The notes: generated from the letters alone by a model not told the origin. A DNA stretch of 64,000 nt from an uncultured Alphaproteobacteria bacterium (GCA_963776705.1 CAVZOA010000039.1:2058-66057); one strand, 5' to 3'. Shown: positions 1 through 10,259, counted from the first letter of the stretch. Numbers and translations are program-made.

Positions 1-577
1 TCTGCGCCGTCGGCCACGCCCTCGTCGAGGCCGGCCGGCGCGTCCTCTACACCCGCACTACCGATCTCGTGCAGAAGCTCCAGGCCGCCCGACGCGATCT
101 CGCCCTCGAAGCCGCCCTCGCCAAGCTCGACCGCTTCGACCTGATCATCCTGGACGACATCAGCTACGCCCGGAAGGATCAGGCCGAGACCTCCGTCCTC
201 TTCGAGCTCATCGCCCGGCGCTACGAGACCCGCAGCCTCGCCATCGCCGCCAACCAGCCCTTCAGCGCATGGGGCGGCGTCTTCCCCGATCAGGCCGTCA
301 CCGTCGCCGCTATCGACAGGCTCGTCCATCACGCGACCATCCTCGAGATGAACACCGAAAGCTATCGCCGTCGCGCCGCCGCAGACCGCGCCGTTCCAAA
401 GGCTGACGCTCCAGCGACAACCTCCAACGACAGCCTCTGCGACACCCAACGCGAGCCGCTCGCCGACATCCCCGCCGAAAACATCAAGGAGGACCTCACA
501 GCCTGACCAAGCCGCCGCAGCGGCCAGAACCGGCCAACTTGGCTGACGGCAGAGGACATCGAGGTTGACGCTCTACA
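1..577 (+). mobile_element. Right part of an IS21-family insertion sequence
   Basis: istB is followed by sub-terminal repeats (ggccaacttggctgacg / ggacatcgaggttgacg) ending ...GTTGACGCTCTACA at 577, a CA-3' end as in IS21. IS701 transposase coding sequence starts immediately afterwards. Confidence 0.75.
3..506 (+). CDS. istB: IS21-family ATP-binding helper protein IstB, 5' part outside the window
   Basis: Open from the window edge (CAVGHALVEAGRRVLYTRTTDLVQKLQ). Walker B LIILDD, then SVLFELIARRYE and AAIDRLVHHA...ESYRRR, typical of IstB. Confidence 0.92.
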   Translation, partial: CAVGHALVEAGRRVLYTRTTDLVQKLQAARRDLALEAALAKLDRFDLIILDDISYARKDQAETSVLFELIARRYETRSLAIAANQPFSAWGGVFPDQAVTVAAIDRLVHHATILEMNTESYRRRAAADRAVPKADAPATTSNDSLCDTQREPLADIPAENIKEDLTA

Positions 578-1299
578 GGGCTGGATGCTGGCGGAGCAAG
601 CGGGGCTGGCGAAGCCCTACCGCGTGCAGTCCCTGCTCGGGCGCAGCTCTTGGTCGGCGGACCGGCTTCGTGACCTGGTGCGGGACTATGCGGTCGAAGC
701 GTTGAGAGATCCGGGTGGGGTGCTGGTTCTGGACGAGACCGGGTTCCTCAAGAAGGGCCGGCACTCGGTGGGCGTGGGGCGGCAGTATTCCGGCACGGCG
801 GGGCGGATCGAGAACTGCCAGGTGGGGGTCTTCGCGGCCTATGCCAGCCGTTGGGGCCACGCGCTCGTCGACCGTCAGCTATACCTGCCCAAGGACTGGG
901 CGGAGGACGAGGCGCGGCGGCGCAAGGCCCGCGTTCCCGACGACGTCGCCTTTGCCACCAGGCCGACGATGGCGCGGGCGATGATCGCCCGCCTTCTCGA
1001 TGCGGGGCTGCCCTGCGCCTGGGTGCTGGCCGACGCGCTCTACGGCTCGGACTACCAGCTGCGGCGCCTGCTCGAGGGCCGCGGGCAGCCCTACGTGCTC
1101 GCTGTGCGCTCGAACCAGAGCATACGCTTCGGCGCGCAGCTCCTGCCGCAGACCCGCAGGCTGATCGCCAGGCTGCTGATGGCGCCGCGCACGCACCCCG
1201 CCTTCGTCTGGGCCTGGTCCCGGTGGCGACGCGAGCATCAGGGCCGCAGCGGCAATCAGCCATCGGAAGATACGACACGATGCGCAACAGTAGTATTAA
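578..1299 (+). pseudogene. IS701-family transposase remnant: 5' end displaced by IS21, internal deletion, right end retained
   Basis: GWMLAEQAG, VLVLDETGFLKKGRHSVGVGRQYSGTAGRIENCQVGVF, DRQLYLPKDW and VLADALYG are IS701 motifs. The frame then jumps to the C-terminal WAWSRWRREHQ. End resembles IS701 termini (GCAACAGTAGTA-TTAA, 1284-1299). Confidence 0.85.
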
Positions 1300-1303
1300 T
1301 TCG

Positions 1304-2062
1304 TCAGTCGGCCAATCCGACGGCCCGTCGAACCGCCTCGTCCCTGAGAGAGACCTCGCGCCCCAGCCAGTCGTCGCCGGCGGGGCCCGCCATCCAGACG
1401 AGCGCCTTCGCCACCCATTCGGGCGGAATGTGCTCGGACCAGTCGAGCTTGCTGACCTGGTTGACGCCGGAGGCCTTGATCTCCCGCTGCATTTCGGTTG
1501 CGACGGTTCCGGGCGACAGCCCCATCGCGCGGATCCCCCGGCTCCGCTCTTCCGCGTCAGCCATTTCCGTCAGCATCGCGGCTGCGGCCTTCGAGGCACA
1601 GTAGTGTGACCATCCCTCGATCGGCCGGTGGGCGGCGCCGGAGGAAATCGTGATGACCGTGCCCCCGCCACCCGCCGCCATTGTTGGGATCGCCGCACGC
1701 ATGCCGTGGAAGACGCCCTTGAGGTTGATGTCGATGGCCTGCGCCCAGATCTCCGGATCGGCCTCCGAGAGACGGGATATCGGCTCGATCACACCGGCAT
1801 TGTTTATCAGGATGTCGAGACAGCCGAAGGATTTGCAGCAGGCATCCACAGCCGCCCTCACCTCCCAGTAGCGCGATATGTCACAGGGGATCGCCAGGGC
1901 GGACTCGGCCCCGAGCTCGCCCGCTATATCGGCGATGTCGCTGCGGCTCCGCGCCAGAAGCGCCACCTTTGCCCCGTTTGCCGCGAATTCCCGCGCCGCG
2001 GCCGCGCCGATGCCGCGGCTCGCCCCTGTCACCAGCACGACCTTGCCCGTAATGTCCCCCAT
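1304..2062 (-). CDS. Short-chain dehydrogenase/reductase (SDR)
   Basis: TGASRGIG Rossmann motif, NNAG, and YCASK catalytic YxxxK. Confidence 0.93.
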   Translation of the reverse strand: MGDITGKVVLVTGASRGIGAAAAREFAANGAKVALLARSRSDIADIAGELGAESALAIPCDISRYWEVRAAVDACCKSFGCLDILINNAGVIEPISRLSEADPEIWAQAIDINLKGVFHGMRAAIPTMAAGGGGTVITISSGAAHRPIEGWSHYCASKAAAAMLTEMADAEERSRGIRAMGLSPGTVATEMQREIKASGVNQVSKLDWSEHIPPEWVAKALVWMAGPAGDDWLGREVSLRDEAVRRAVGLAD

Positions 2063-2186
2063 CGCACGCCTCCCTACGCTGCTTCGGGACAGAGCCTAGG
2101 CTGGGCCGGGCAGCCGCCAAGCACCCTTGACGGCCGAGCGGCGCTGGACCACCGTCCGCCCGTTCTGACGGGAAGGGTCCGCTCCC

Positions 2187-3568
2187 ATGTATCTCACGAT
2201 CTGCGTCGCATGCCTCGCCTTTGGCTTGCCCGCCGCCGCGGACATCAACCCGGACGACCTCTGGCAGCGCTGGCAGTCCGGCGACGGGGCGGTCGTTGCA
2301 ATCGAGGGATCGGCCCGAAGCGAGGGCGACGAGTTCGTCATCGGCGGGGCGGTTCTGCGCCTCGGCCCGGACGGTGCCGCGCCCCTGCTCCATGCCGAGG
2401 AGCTTCGCATGGTGGCGGAGGGCGCGGCGACACGGGTCAGCTTGCCGGATCGCTGGCGCATCGAGTGGGGCGACGGCACCACGGCTGAGGTGACCCTGGA
2501 GGATTTCGACCTCGGCGTCAGCGGGTCGATTGCCGCACCCGTATACCGGGCCCGGAAGGATCGGCTCGCTGCCAGCGCGACCGTCACCGCCCCGGATGGG
2601 ACGGTGGACGCCACCCTCGATGCGACCGCGTTCGATCTCGGTGGCGGGGCCGGCGGATCGGGCGACCTCTCGGCCGACACGCTGTCCCTGACGGCCACGC
2701 CTCGGGACGAGGACCAGGGTCGGATTTCTGTCTCCTACGAAGACCCTTCCGCGTCGCTCGTGCAAGGCACGGCGAGCGGGTCGGAGGCGAGCGGGATCTC
2801 GGTCTCCCTGACGACCGCCGCGGCAGCAAGCACGCAATCGTTCACCGCTCCGCTCGAATCTGGCGGTCCGCCCGCGACCATCGACATCGCGAGCGGTCCG
2901 AAGTTCGCGGCGAGGTCGTGGTCGAAGCCGGACGGATGGAAGCGCGCCAGACCGCGAGCGGGCTGACCCTCTCCGCGGCAGGCGAGGAGGTCCCGTTGCC
3001 CGAAGCGCGGATAGAGATCGACGCGCTGACTCTCGCGCTCGCGACCCCCGCCGAACCGGTCTCCGAAAGCGCCCCGGTCTCGGTCGATCTCGGCCTGACC
3101 GGCGTGAAACCCTCCGAGCAGATCTGGCAATTGCTCGACCCGGGGGCCGATCTGCCGCGCGATCCGGCCGAACTGCGCCTGTCGGTGACGGGGGCGATGT
3201 TCTGGAGGATGGCGGAAGACGCGCCGGTCCCCGCCCTCGAGCGCGTCTCTCTCGATACGTTGCGGATTTCCGCCCTCGGTGCCGAAATCGGCGCCGCGGG
3301 CGGGGTCCAGTTCTCTCCGCCTGCGACACCGGGGCGACCCGGCAAGCCGATCGGGGCGGTCGTCTTCTCGCTGAGCGGCTTCGGCGCCCTGCTCGACAAG
3401 ATGGCGACCCTCGACACCCTGCCCAAGGGCCAGATCATCGGCCTTCGCATGGGTCTCGGCGTATTGACGATCCCGGCCGAGGGCGAAGACGCGCTCAAGG
3501 CCGAGGTCGAGTTCGCGCCCGACGGTGTCATCCTGGTCAACGGAGCGCCGGTCGCCCGGATTCCCTGA
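2187..3568 (+). CDS. DUF2125-like exported protein, split by one frameshift near 2890-2915
   Basis: Signal peptide plus ADINPDDLWQRWQ N-terminus. C-terminus (LLDPGADLPRDPA...GVILVNGAP) is in the second ORF 2918-3568. Located between SDR and pmbA as in roseobacters. Confidence 0.7.
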
Positions 3569-3898
3569 GGTCCCGGACCGGATTCACGTTAGCCTCCGGG
3601 CCGTGGGGAAAGCCCGTGAGCTTGTCCGCTCCCTCTCCGTCACCACAAGGATGTCCCGCTCTCGGTACCTTCCGGCTCCGGGCGGCCGTAGGACTCCGGG
3701 AGCATCGGGTCCAACGACACGGCCATGCCCGGCGAGATCCCCGTTTCCACATCTTCGCGCAACCAGAGCGTCGCGGATCGCCATCTGCAAGGGCCGGACA
3801 TGGAGGCGGTGCGCGCGGGATCGATCGCGAGGCCCGGTCCGGCTTGGCACCACCGGCCGGACAGCTTAGGTGAGCTCCGACCGGCAGGGACCCAGCAC

Positions 3899-5245
3899 AT
3901 GACCGACGACCTTTTCACCCTTTCTTCCCGCCTCCTCGACGCGGCGCGGGAAGCAGGGGCGGAGGCGGCCGATTCGATCGCCGTTCGCGACGCCTCGCTC
4001 TCCATCGACGTGCGGCAGGGCGCGCTCGAACAGGCCGAGCGGGCAGAGGCCGTCGAGATCGGACTGAGGGTCCTGATCGGGCGCCGCCAGGCCTGCGTGT
4101 CCGCCTCCGATCTGACGATGCGAACCATGTCCGAGATGGCCGAACGGGCCGTGGCCATGGCGCGCGAATCCCCCGAGGATCCCGGCGTCGGGCTTGCCGC
4201 CCCGTCCGACCTCGCCCGCGAGACCACGGCGGACGCCCTCCACCTCGCCGATCCTGCAGCCGAACCCGGCCCCGCCGCCCTCGAGGTGACGGCCCGGTCC
4301 GCAGAGGCGGGCGCGCTCGCCATTCCGGGTGTCACCCAGGTCCAGGTCGCGTCGGCTTCCTGGTTTCGTCGCAGGGTGCACGTGGCCGCGACGAACGGGT
4401 TTTCGGCAGGCTTCGAGCGCACCGGCTCCTCCACCTCCTGCGTCGCCATCTCCGGTGAGGGCGCCGGAATGGAACGCGACTATGCCGCCGAATCCCGGGT
4501 CTTCGTCGACGACCTGCCGGGCCCCGAGGAGATTGGTCGCTGCGCGGGCGAGCGCGCCGCCGCCATGCAGGGCGCGCGCCGCGCCCGGACCGGCGCGTGG
4601 CCCGTCATCTATGACGAGCGCATCTCTTCGGGGCTCGTCAGTCACCTCCTGACGGCGATCAACGGTACCGCCATCGCCCGCGGAGCCTCGTGGGCGCGAG
4701 ACCTTCTGGGCGAATACGTCCTTCCTCCGACCCTCTCGCTGACCGAGGAACCGCACCGTCCGCGCATCGCGGGCTCGCGCCCCTTCGATGCCGAGGGGTT
4801 GGCCACGGCTCCCAGGACCATCGTGCGCGACGGGATTCTCCAGGGCTGGGTGCTCGACCTCGCCACTGCTCGGAAGCTCGGTCTCGACAGCACCGCCAAC
4901 GCTGTCCGCGGACCCACCGCCCCGCCCTCGCCGTCGGTCACGAATGTGACCCTCGCGCCCGGCGATGTCACACGCGAAGTGCTTCTGGCGCAGATGGGAA
5001 CGGGCCTTCTCGTGACCTCGTTGATCGGGGCCACGATCAACCCGAACACCGGGGATTACTCCCGTGGCGTCTCCGGCTTCTGGGTCGAGGGGGGCGAGAT
5101 CGCCTATCCGGTGAACGAGGTTACGGTCGCCGGCAATCTGCGCGAGATGCTCAAGACGCTCGTGCCTGCGAACGACGCGCGGGATCACCTCTCGAGGCGC
5201 GTTCCCTCGCTTCTGGTCGAGGGCCTCACGCTTGCCGGCGACTGA
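3899..5245 (+). CDS. pmbA: TldD/PmbA family protein (PmbA-like)
   Basis: ATG at 3899 (MTDDLFTL); SRPFDAEG, GDYSRGVSGFWVEGGEIAYPVNEVTVAGNL. Confidence 0.9.
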   Translation: MTDDLFTLSSRLLDAAREAGAEAADSIAVRDASLSIDVRQGALEQAERAEAVEIGLRVLIGRRQACVSASDLTMRTMSEMAERAVAMARESPEDPGVGLAAPSDLARETTADALHLADPAAEPGPAALEVTARSAEAGALAIPGVTQVQVASASWFRRRVHVAATNGFSAGFERTGSSTSCVAISGEGAGMERDYAAESRVFVDDLPGPEEIGRCAGERAAAMQGARRARTGAWPVIYDERISSGLVSHLLTAINGTAIARGASWARDLLGEYVLPPTLSLTEEPHRPRIAGSRPFDAEGLATAPRTIVRDGILQGWVLDLATARKLGLDSTANAVRGPTAPPSPSVTNVTLAPGDVTREVLLAQMGTGLLVTSLIGATINPNTGDYSRGVSGFWVEGGEIAYPVNEVTVAGNLREMLKTLVPANDARDHLSRRVPSLLVEGLTLAGD

Positions 5246-5999
5246 TCTGCCACTCCTGATCGATGCCGCGCTGGCGGCCGGGGAGATCGCCCGCACGCAC
5301 TGGCGCCATGACCCCGACACATGGACGAAGGCGGACAGGAGTCCCGTCTCGGCCGCCGACCTCGAGGTCGATGCCGAGCTGTCCCGCGCGCTCCGCGTGG
5401 CGCGCCCCGATTATGGCTGGCTGAGCGAGGAAAGCCCCGAGGACCCCGCCCGCCTCGACGCCCGGCATTGCTTTGTCCTCGACCCCATCGACGGAACTCG
5501 CGCCTTCCTGAAGGGAGAGGAGATCTGGGCCGTGTCCCTCGCGGTCACCGACGGACCCGAAATCACCGCCGCCGTCGTCCATCTCCCGGCCCGCGATCTG
5601 ACATTCACAGCCGCGAAAGGGCAGGGCGCCTGGCTGAACGGCGCCCCCCTGACAGCTGCCATGCGGCCCGATCCCGAGGGGGCAAGTCTTCTCGCCTCGA
5701 AATCGACCTATGCCGCCAGACACTGGCGCCATCTGCCGGCCTTCGAGCGGATGTTCCGTCCCTCGCTCGCCTACCGCATCGCCTGTGTCGGCCGGGGTCG
5801 CGCGGATGCCATGCTAACGCTCCGGCCCACCTGGGAATGGGACGTCGCCGCCGGCAGCCTGATCGCGGCAGAGGCCGGCGCACGTGTCACGGACCGCCAC
5901 GGCGCCCGCTTGGCCTTCAACACGGCCGGTCGTCAGTCCGACGGAGTTCTTGCCGCCAATCCCGCGCTACATGCGGCGATTCGAAGCGCCCTCGCCTGA
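5232..5999 (+). CDS. Inositol monophosphatase / CysQ-like 3'(2'),5'-bisphosphate nucleotidase
   Basis: WLSEE, LDPIDGTRAF, WEWDVAAG motifs; overlaps the pmbA stop. Confidence 0.9.
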   Translation: MPATDLPLLIDAALAAGEIARTHWRHDPDTWTKADRSPVSAADLEVDAELSRALRVARPDYGWLSEESPEDPARLDARHCFVLDPIDGTRAFLKGEEIWAVSLAVTDGPEITAAVVHLPARDLTFTAAKGQGAWLNGAPLTAAMRPDPEGASLLASKSTYAARHWRHLPAFERMFRPSLAYRIACVGRGRADAMLTLRPTWEWDVAAGSLIAAEAGARVTDRHGARLAFNTAGRQSDGVLAANPALHAAIRSALA

Positions 6000-6070
6000 C
6001 GCGATGGCCTTGCGGGGTTCCTCCTTCGCCCAAAAGCAGGCGCCGGGACACCTGCCGCCGTTTGCCCCTC

Positions 6071-6748
6071 TCATCCCATGCTCGTCACGCGATGCGCATT
6101 CCGCGCGCGCCTGGCATCGGTCCGCCAGCTCCAGATCGCGATCCCGCCCCAGGACAGGCAATAGGCCGCGCCGAGGCCGAGGACGACGATGCCGGGGACC
6201 GGTCCGATCGTGGCCCTGGCGAAGAGGTCCGACGCTGCCGTCAGCGGGGTCGGATGCACCGTCAGCTTGCCCATGTAGGCCAGCGTCTGGATCAGCAGGA
6301 TCCACAGGTAGTTGCGTCGGATCCGCCGTCCCATCGCCGCCATGTACGAGACGTGGTAGCGCGGATGAACGTAGTCGTCGGCCAGTGTCTTCTGCCAATC
6401 CGCGTCACGGTAGAGCGTGCTGTCGTGCAGCATCGGCGCGAAGAAATGCACTTCCATCCAGCGGCAGCGGGCACGCCAGACGTTGAAGTAGCGGTATCGC
6501 CGGGCCTCCAGCATGAGGAAGAAGAAGATCAGCACGCCGACGAGGATCAGCGGCAGCCCCGAGGCTTCGGGCCGCGCGAACGAGATCGACAGCGCCACGC
6601 CGAGCGTCACGACCGACCAGTTCGTGGTCGTGTCGAGTCGCGTGCGCCAGATCGTGGAACGGTAGTTCTCGCCGCGATAGAGATGCGCGATCGCGCCTAT
6701 TTCGGCGGAGCCCAGAGAGGCTCGCTCGTCCGTGGCATCCTTCGCCAT
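6071..6748 (-). CDS. DUF2270 family membrane protein
   Basis: HLYRGE...WRTRLDTTTNWSVV, EARRYRYF, GRRIRRNYLWI; RBS GGAGGAG upstream. Confidence 0.85.
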   Translation of the reverse strand: MAKDATDERASLGSAEIGAIAHLYRGENYRSTIWRTRLDTTTNWSVVTLGVALSISFARPEASGLPLILVGVLIFFFLMLEARRYRYFNVWRARCRWMEVHFFAPMLHDSTLYRDADWQKTLADDYVHPRYHVSYMAAMGRRIRRNYLWILLIQTLAYMGKLTVHPTPLTAASDLFARATIGPVPGIVVLGLGAAYCLSWGGIAIWSWRTDARRARNAHRVTSMG

Positions 6749-7222
6749 GCCTTCTCCTCCCGTTCAACAGGCTCGCACGGGAGGGGCCGGGCGGCAAGCT
6801 GGAGCCAGGAGCTTTGGGGGGGGCGATCGGCGGGTCGATTCCGCTTGTCCTTGAGCGGTAACGGGAAAGAGCACCCGCGCCGCCGGGAAAATCTCCATTG
6901 CGAGCCACGCCGCCCGCATCGCCACCGGCACGCATCAGGTCCGTAGTGATGTCGCTCAGCACAAGTCTCTGCACCGAGGCCCCGCCGTGCCGACCCCGGA
7001 ACGCGTCATGAAGGCGGCCTCGAGAAAGCCGGTTCGGGATCGCTCCAATCGGCGGAGGTCCGCGACGGTACCGATCGGCGACCGCCGAGCCGAAGCCGGC
7101 CCGCCGCCTGCGTCCGGGGCAAGATTCGAAGGTCGCTCAATACCGCTGCCTGGTGAGCGCACGCGCCTCGCTTGACCGCTCGGGGCAACGCTCCTACGAC
7201 CCGAGCAAACAGGAGACCGCCC

Positions 7223-7465
7223 ATGACCCAGCGCCTGCATCTCGTCTTCGGTGGCGAGCTCGTCGATCCGGCAAGGAACGTCTTCAAGGACGTTGACGCG
7301 ATCCATGTCGTCGGCATGTTTCCCGACTACAGGAGCGCCTACGACGCCTGGAAGGACGTCGCGCAGCGCACCGTCGACGAGGCTCATACTCGCTACTACA
7401 TCGCGCATCTTCATCGCCTGCGAGACGAGGCGGCCCCTGCCTCGCCCACCGAGGAACTCGGCTGA
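7223..7465 (+). CDS. DUF4170 family small protein
   Basis: MTQRLHLVFGGEL...VGMFPDY...AQRTVD; AGGAGA RBS. Confidence 0.88.
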   Translation: MTQRLHLVFGGELVDPARNVFKDVDAIHVVGMFPDYRSAYDAWKDVAQRTVDEAHTRYYIAHLHRLRDEAAPASPTEELG

Positions 7466-7480
7466 GCCGCCGGCGCTGCG

Positions 7481-8596
7481 GTGGATTTCTCGCTCTCCCT
7501 TCTGCGCCATCGGCTCGCCGCGCGGCGGACGCGCGGCGAGCCGGCCCTACCCGCGGCGCGCTCCAGGGGCCGTCTCCTCTGGGCTCATTTCGGAAGCGGC
7601 CTCGATGGAACGGGCGCGCGCCTCGTGCTCGACGAGATCTCGCGCGAGTCGCCCGATCTCGCCGTCCTGAGGACCGGTCCCGAGGGGGATTCGGCCGCTC
7701 CCGCCGACACGATCGCCGCCGGCGCCGCCTTTCTCGAGGCCTGGCGCCCCGATATCGCCGTCTTCTTCGGGTCCGATCCCTATCCGGCGGTCTGGTCGGA
7801 AGCGCTTCGTCGCGGCATTCCGCTCTTTGCCGCGGAGACCGATACCGCCCGCATGCCGCTGTCCTTGATCCGGCCGATGAAGCGCTTTGACGCCGTGATC
7901 TCGACGCGGCCCGACCCGAGACTCGATCCGGCCATCGAGCCGCTCGGACCGCTCTCGATCGTTCCCGCTCCGCCAGGATCGACGGCCGGTTTCGAACCGC
8001 TCAGGCAAGCCATCGGCACCCGACAGGTCTGGCTCGCGCTCGACCTTCCGATTGTCGAGCTGGATCTGGTCCTCTCTGCCCACGAACGCGCCGCGCAGTC
8101 GTCGCATCGCCTCCTGCTCATGCTCGCGCCTGCCGATCCCGAGCGCGCGGGCTCGCGCCTCGCGGAGCTCGGCTGGCGGTTCGCGACCCGCGGTGCCGCC
8201 GAGGATCCGAAGGCGGAGGACCGCATTCTTCTCGTGGACGAACCTGGCGAGCATGGCGACTGGCTGCGTCTCGCTCCGGTCACCTATCTTGGCGGAACGA
8301 ACTCCGGAGACGGTCCGCGGACCTCGCCGATGGCGGTCGCCTCGCTCGGATCCGTTCTCGTCCATGGCCCCAAGTTCGGGCGGTTCGAATCGGAGTTCAT
8401 GCGCCTCCGGGAGGCCGGCGCGGTATGTTGCGTCGCCGATGCGAAGGATCTCGCCGCCGGACTGGAGCGGCTTCAGAGCCCGGAAGCCGCGGCCGAACTC
8501 GCGCGCGCCGGATGGAGCGTCACGAGCGCGAACTCGGATGCCTCCGCCCGTCTCCTCGAACTGATCTCGGATACTCTCGCAGGGGTCGACGTCTGA
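7481..8596 (+). CDS. Kdo transferase (KdtA/WaaA)-like glycosyltransferase, divergent
   Basis: FLEAWRPD, LLLMLAP, DEPGEHGDWLRLAPVTYLGG, LGSVLVHGP; stop overlaps the lpxK start. Confidence 0.7.
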   Translation: MDFSLSLLRHRLAARRTRGEPALPAARSRGRLLWAHFGSGLDGTGARLVLDEISRESPDLAVLRTGPEGDSAAPADTIAAGAAFLEAWRPDIAVFFGSDPYPAVWSEALRRGIPLFAAETDTARMPLSLIRPMKRFDAVISTRPDPRLDPAIEPLGPLSIVPAPPGSTAGFEPLRQAIGTRQVWLALDLPIVELDLVLSAHERAAQSSHRLLLMLAPADPERAGSRLAELGWRFATRGAAEDPKAEDRILLVDEPGEHGDWLRLAPVTYLGGTNSGDGPRTSPMAVASLGSVLVHGPKFGRFESEFMRLREAGAVCCVADAKDLAAGLERLQSPEAAAELARAGWSVTSANSDASARLLELISDTLAGVDV

Positions 8597-9585
8597 TGCG
8601 GCCCCCAGCCTTCTGGTACCGGCCACCGGGTCGCGACGGATGGAGGGCGCAGCTGCTCTCTCCGCTCGCGGCGCTCTATGCGCGAGAGACCGCGCGCCGG
8701 GTGGCCCTGGGGTGCGAGAGGGTCGGCGTGCCGGTCATCTGCGTCGGCAATCTCACCGCAGGCGGGACGGGCAAGACCCCGGCAGTCATCGCGATTCTCC
8801 AGCGCCTCGAAGGCCGCGACGTGGCGGCGCATGTGGTCAGCCGCGGATATGGCGGACGCCTCCGGGAGGTCACGCGCGTCGATCCCGGGAGGCACGGCGC
8901 CGCGGAGGTGGGGGACGAGCCCCTTCTGCTGTCGGCCTTCGCGCCGGTCTGGATCGGGCGGGACAGGGTTGCGGCGGCCCGTGCCGCCGAACGGGCAGGC
9001 GCCACGGCAATCGTCATGGATGACGGCCTCCAGTCGCCGGGCCTCGCGAAGGACCTCTCGCTCGTGGTCGTCGATGCCGCGACGGGATTCGGCAACGAGC
9101 GGGTGATTCCGGCCGGTCCGCTGCGCGAACCGGTGGCGGCCGGTCTCGCGAGGGCTGACTTGCTCCTGGCGATCGGCGACCGCCCGTCGCGGGAGCGGTT
9201 CGCGACCTCCGTGGCGGCGCGGTTTCGCGTGCCCGACCTCGACGGCCGGCTGGCGCCGTTGCCCACGGGGATGGTGTGGCAGGGCTCGCGCGCCTTCGCC
9301 TTCGCCGGAATCGGCCGACCGGAGAAGTTCTTTGGCACGCTTCGGGAGCTCGGGGCGGTGGTCGTGGTGGCCCGGGCGCTCGACGATCACCAGCCCCTGT
9401 CGGCGAACCTGCTATCGCGGATGGAACGCGAGGCGCGCCAGACCAATGCACAACTCGTGACGACCGAGAAGGATGCGGTCCGGTTGCCCGCCTCCTTCCG
9501 AAGTCTAGTCCTCACCCTGCCCGTGCGCCTCGAGATCGAGGACTGGGATTCCTTCGACGCGGCTCTCGATCGCCTTGGACTCTAG
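8596..9585 (+). CDS. lpxK: Tetraacyldisaccharide 4'-kinase
   Basis: MRPPAFW; VGNLTAGGTGKTP, SRGYGG, GDEPLLL, MDDGLQ, PAGPLRE, TTEKDAVR. Confidence 0.95.
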   Translation: MRPPAFWYRPPGRDGWRAQLLSPLAALYARETARRVALGCERVGVPVICVGNLTAGGTGKTPAVIAILQRLEGRDVAAHVVSRGYGGRLREVTRVDPGRHGAAEVGDEPLLLSAFAPVWIGRDRVAAARAAERAGATAIVMDDGLQSPGLAKDLSLVVVDAATGFGNERVIPAGPLREPVAAGLARADLLLAIGDRPSRERFATSVAARFRVPDLDGRLAPLPTGMVWQGSRAFAFAGIGRPEKFFGTLRELGAVVVVARALDDHQPLSANLLSRMEREARQTNAQLVTTEKDAVRLPASFRSLVLTLPVRLEIEDWDSFDAALDRLGL

Positions 9586-10259
9586 CTGTCGGTCTCCGCC
9601 AACTGATCGTCGAGGATCTTCGAGAAGTCCTCGTAGCTCATGTTGGAGTGTTTCTGGCCGCCGATGAGGAAGCTCGGGGTCGACTCGATCCCGTCCGCCT
9701 TCGCGTTCTCTTCGAAGCTGGCGACCAGCGCTTCCGCCTGGGCGCCGTCCGTCAGGCAGACGTCGAGCTGCTCCTCGCCGAGGCCGGCGCTGCGGCCGAT
9801 CCTGCGGAGATTGTCCGCGATTTCCGCCGGCTCCCCCTGCGTCCAGTCGCGCTGCTTGTCGTAGATCATGTCGCCGATGGCGAAATATTTCTGCGTGTCA
9901 CCGCCGCACCGGGCCAGCATCCCGGCCCAGAGCCCGTAGCGGTCGAAGTAGACCTCCCGGTAGGTGAAGCCGATCTTGCCGGTCTCGACGTAGTTCTCCT
10001 TGATCCTGGGCCACACGGTCTCGTTGAAGTTCGCGCAGTGCGGGCAGGTGAAGGAAGCGTATTCGACCACCTGCACGGCCGCATCCGGGTCGCCGAGGGT
10101 CATCTCCTCGACTGTCGCCTCCGAGGCGCTGCCCTCCGTGGTCTCCTGGGCCTGAGCGGCGGCAGGAAGAAGGGAAGGGGCCGTGCCCGGAACCGCGGTC
10201 ATGTACGAGGCGCCGGCAGCGGCCACGGCGGCGAGAGCGAGCGCGGGAAGCGGTTTCAT
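9582..10259 (-). CDS. DsbA-family thioredoxin-fold protein
   Basis: EYASFTCPHCANF, cis-Pro STPSF, N-terminal signal peptide. Confidence 0.9.
   Translation of the reverse strand: MKPLPALALAAVAAAGASYMTAVPGTAPSLLPAAAQAQETTEGSASEATVEEMTLGDPDAAVQVVEYASFTCPHCANFNETVWPRIKENYVETGKIGFTYREVYFDRYGLWAGMLARCGGDTQKYFAIGDMIYDKQRDWTQGEPAEIADNLRRIGRSAGLGEEQLDVCLTDGAQAEALVASFEENAKADGIESTPSFLIGGQKHSNMSYEDFSKILDDQLAETDS

Noticed and set aside
3576..3760. Possible 6S RNA or riboswitch upstream of pmbA
   Set aside because: I could not match conserved 6S or riboswitch motifs, and the gene context does not fit; an Rfam scan is needed.
6749..7222. 470-bp gap with a G8 run between DUF2270 and DUF4170
   Set aside because: Consistent with a divergent promoter region; no convincing ORF, repeat or RNA structure.
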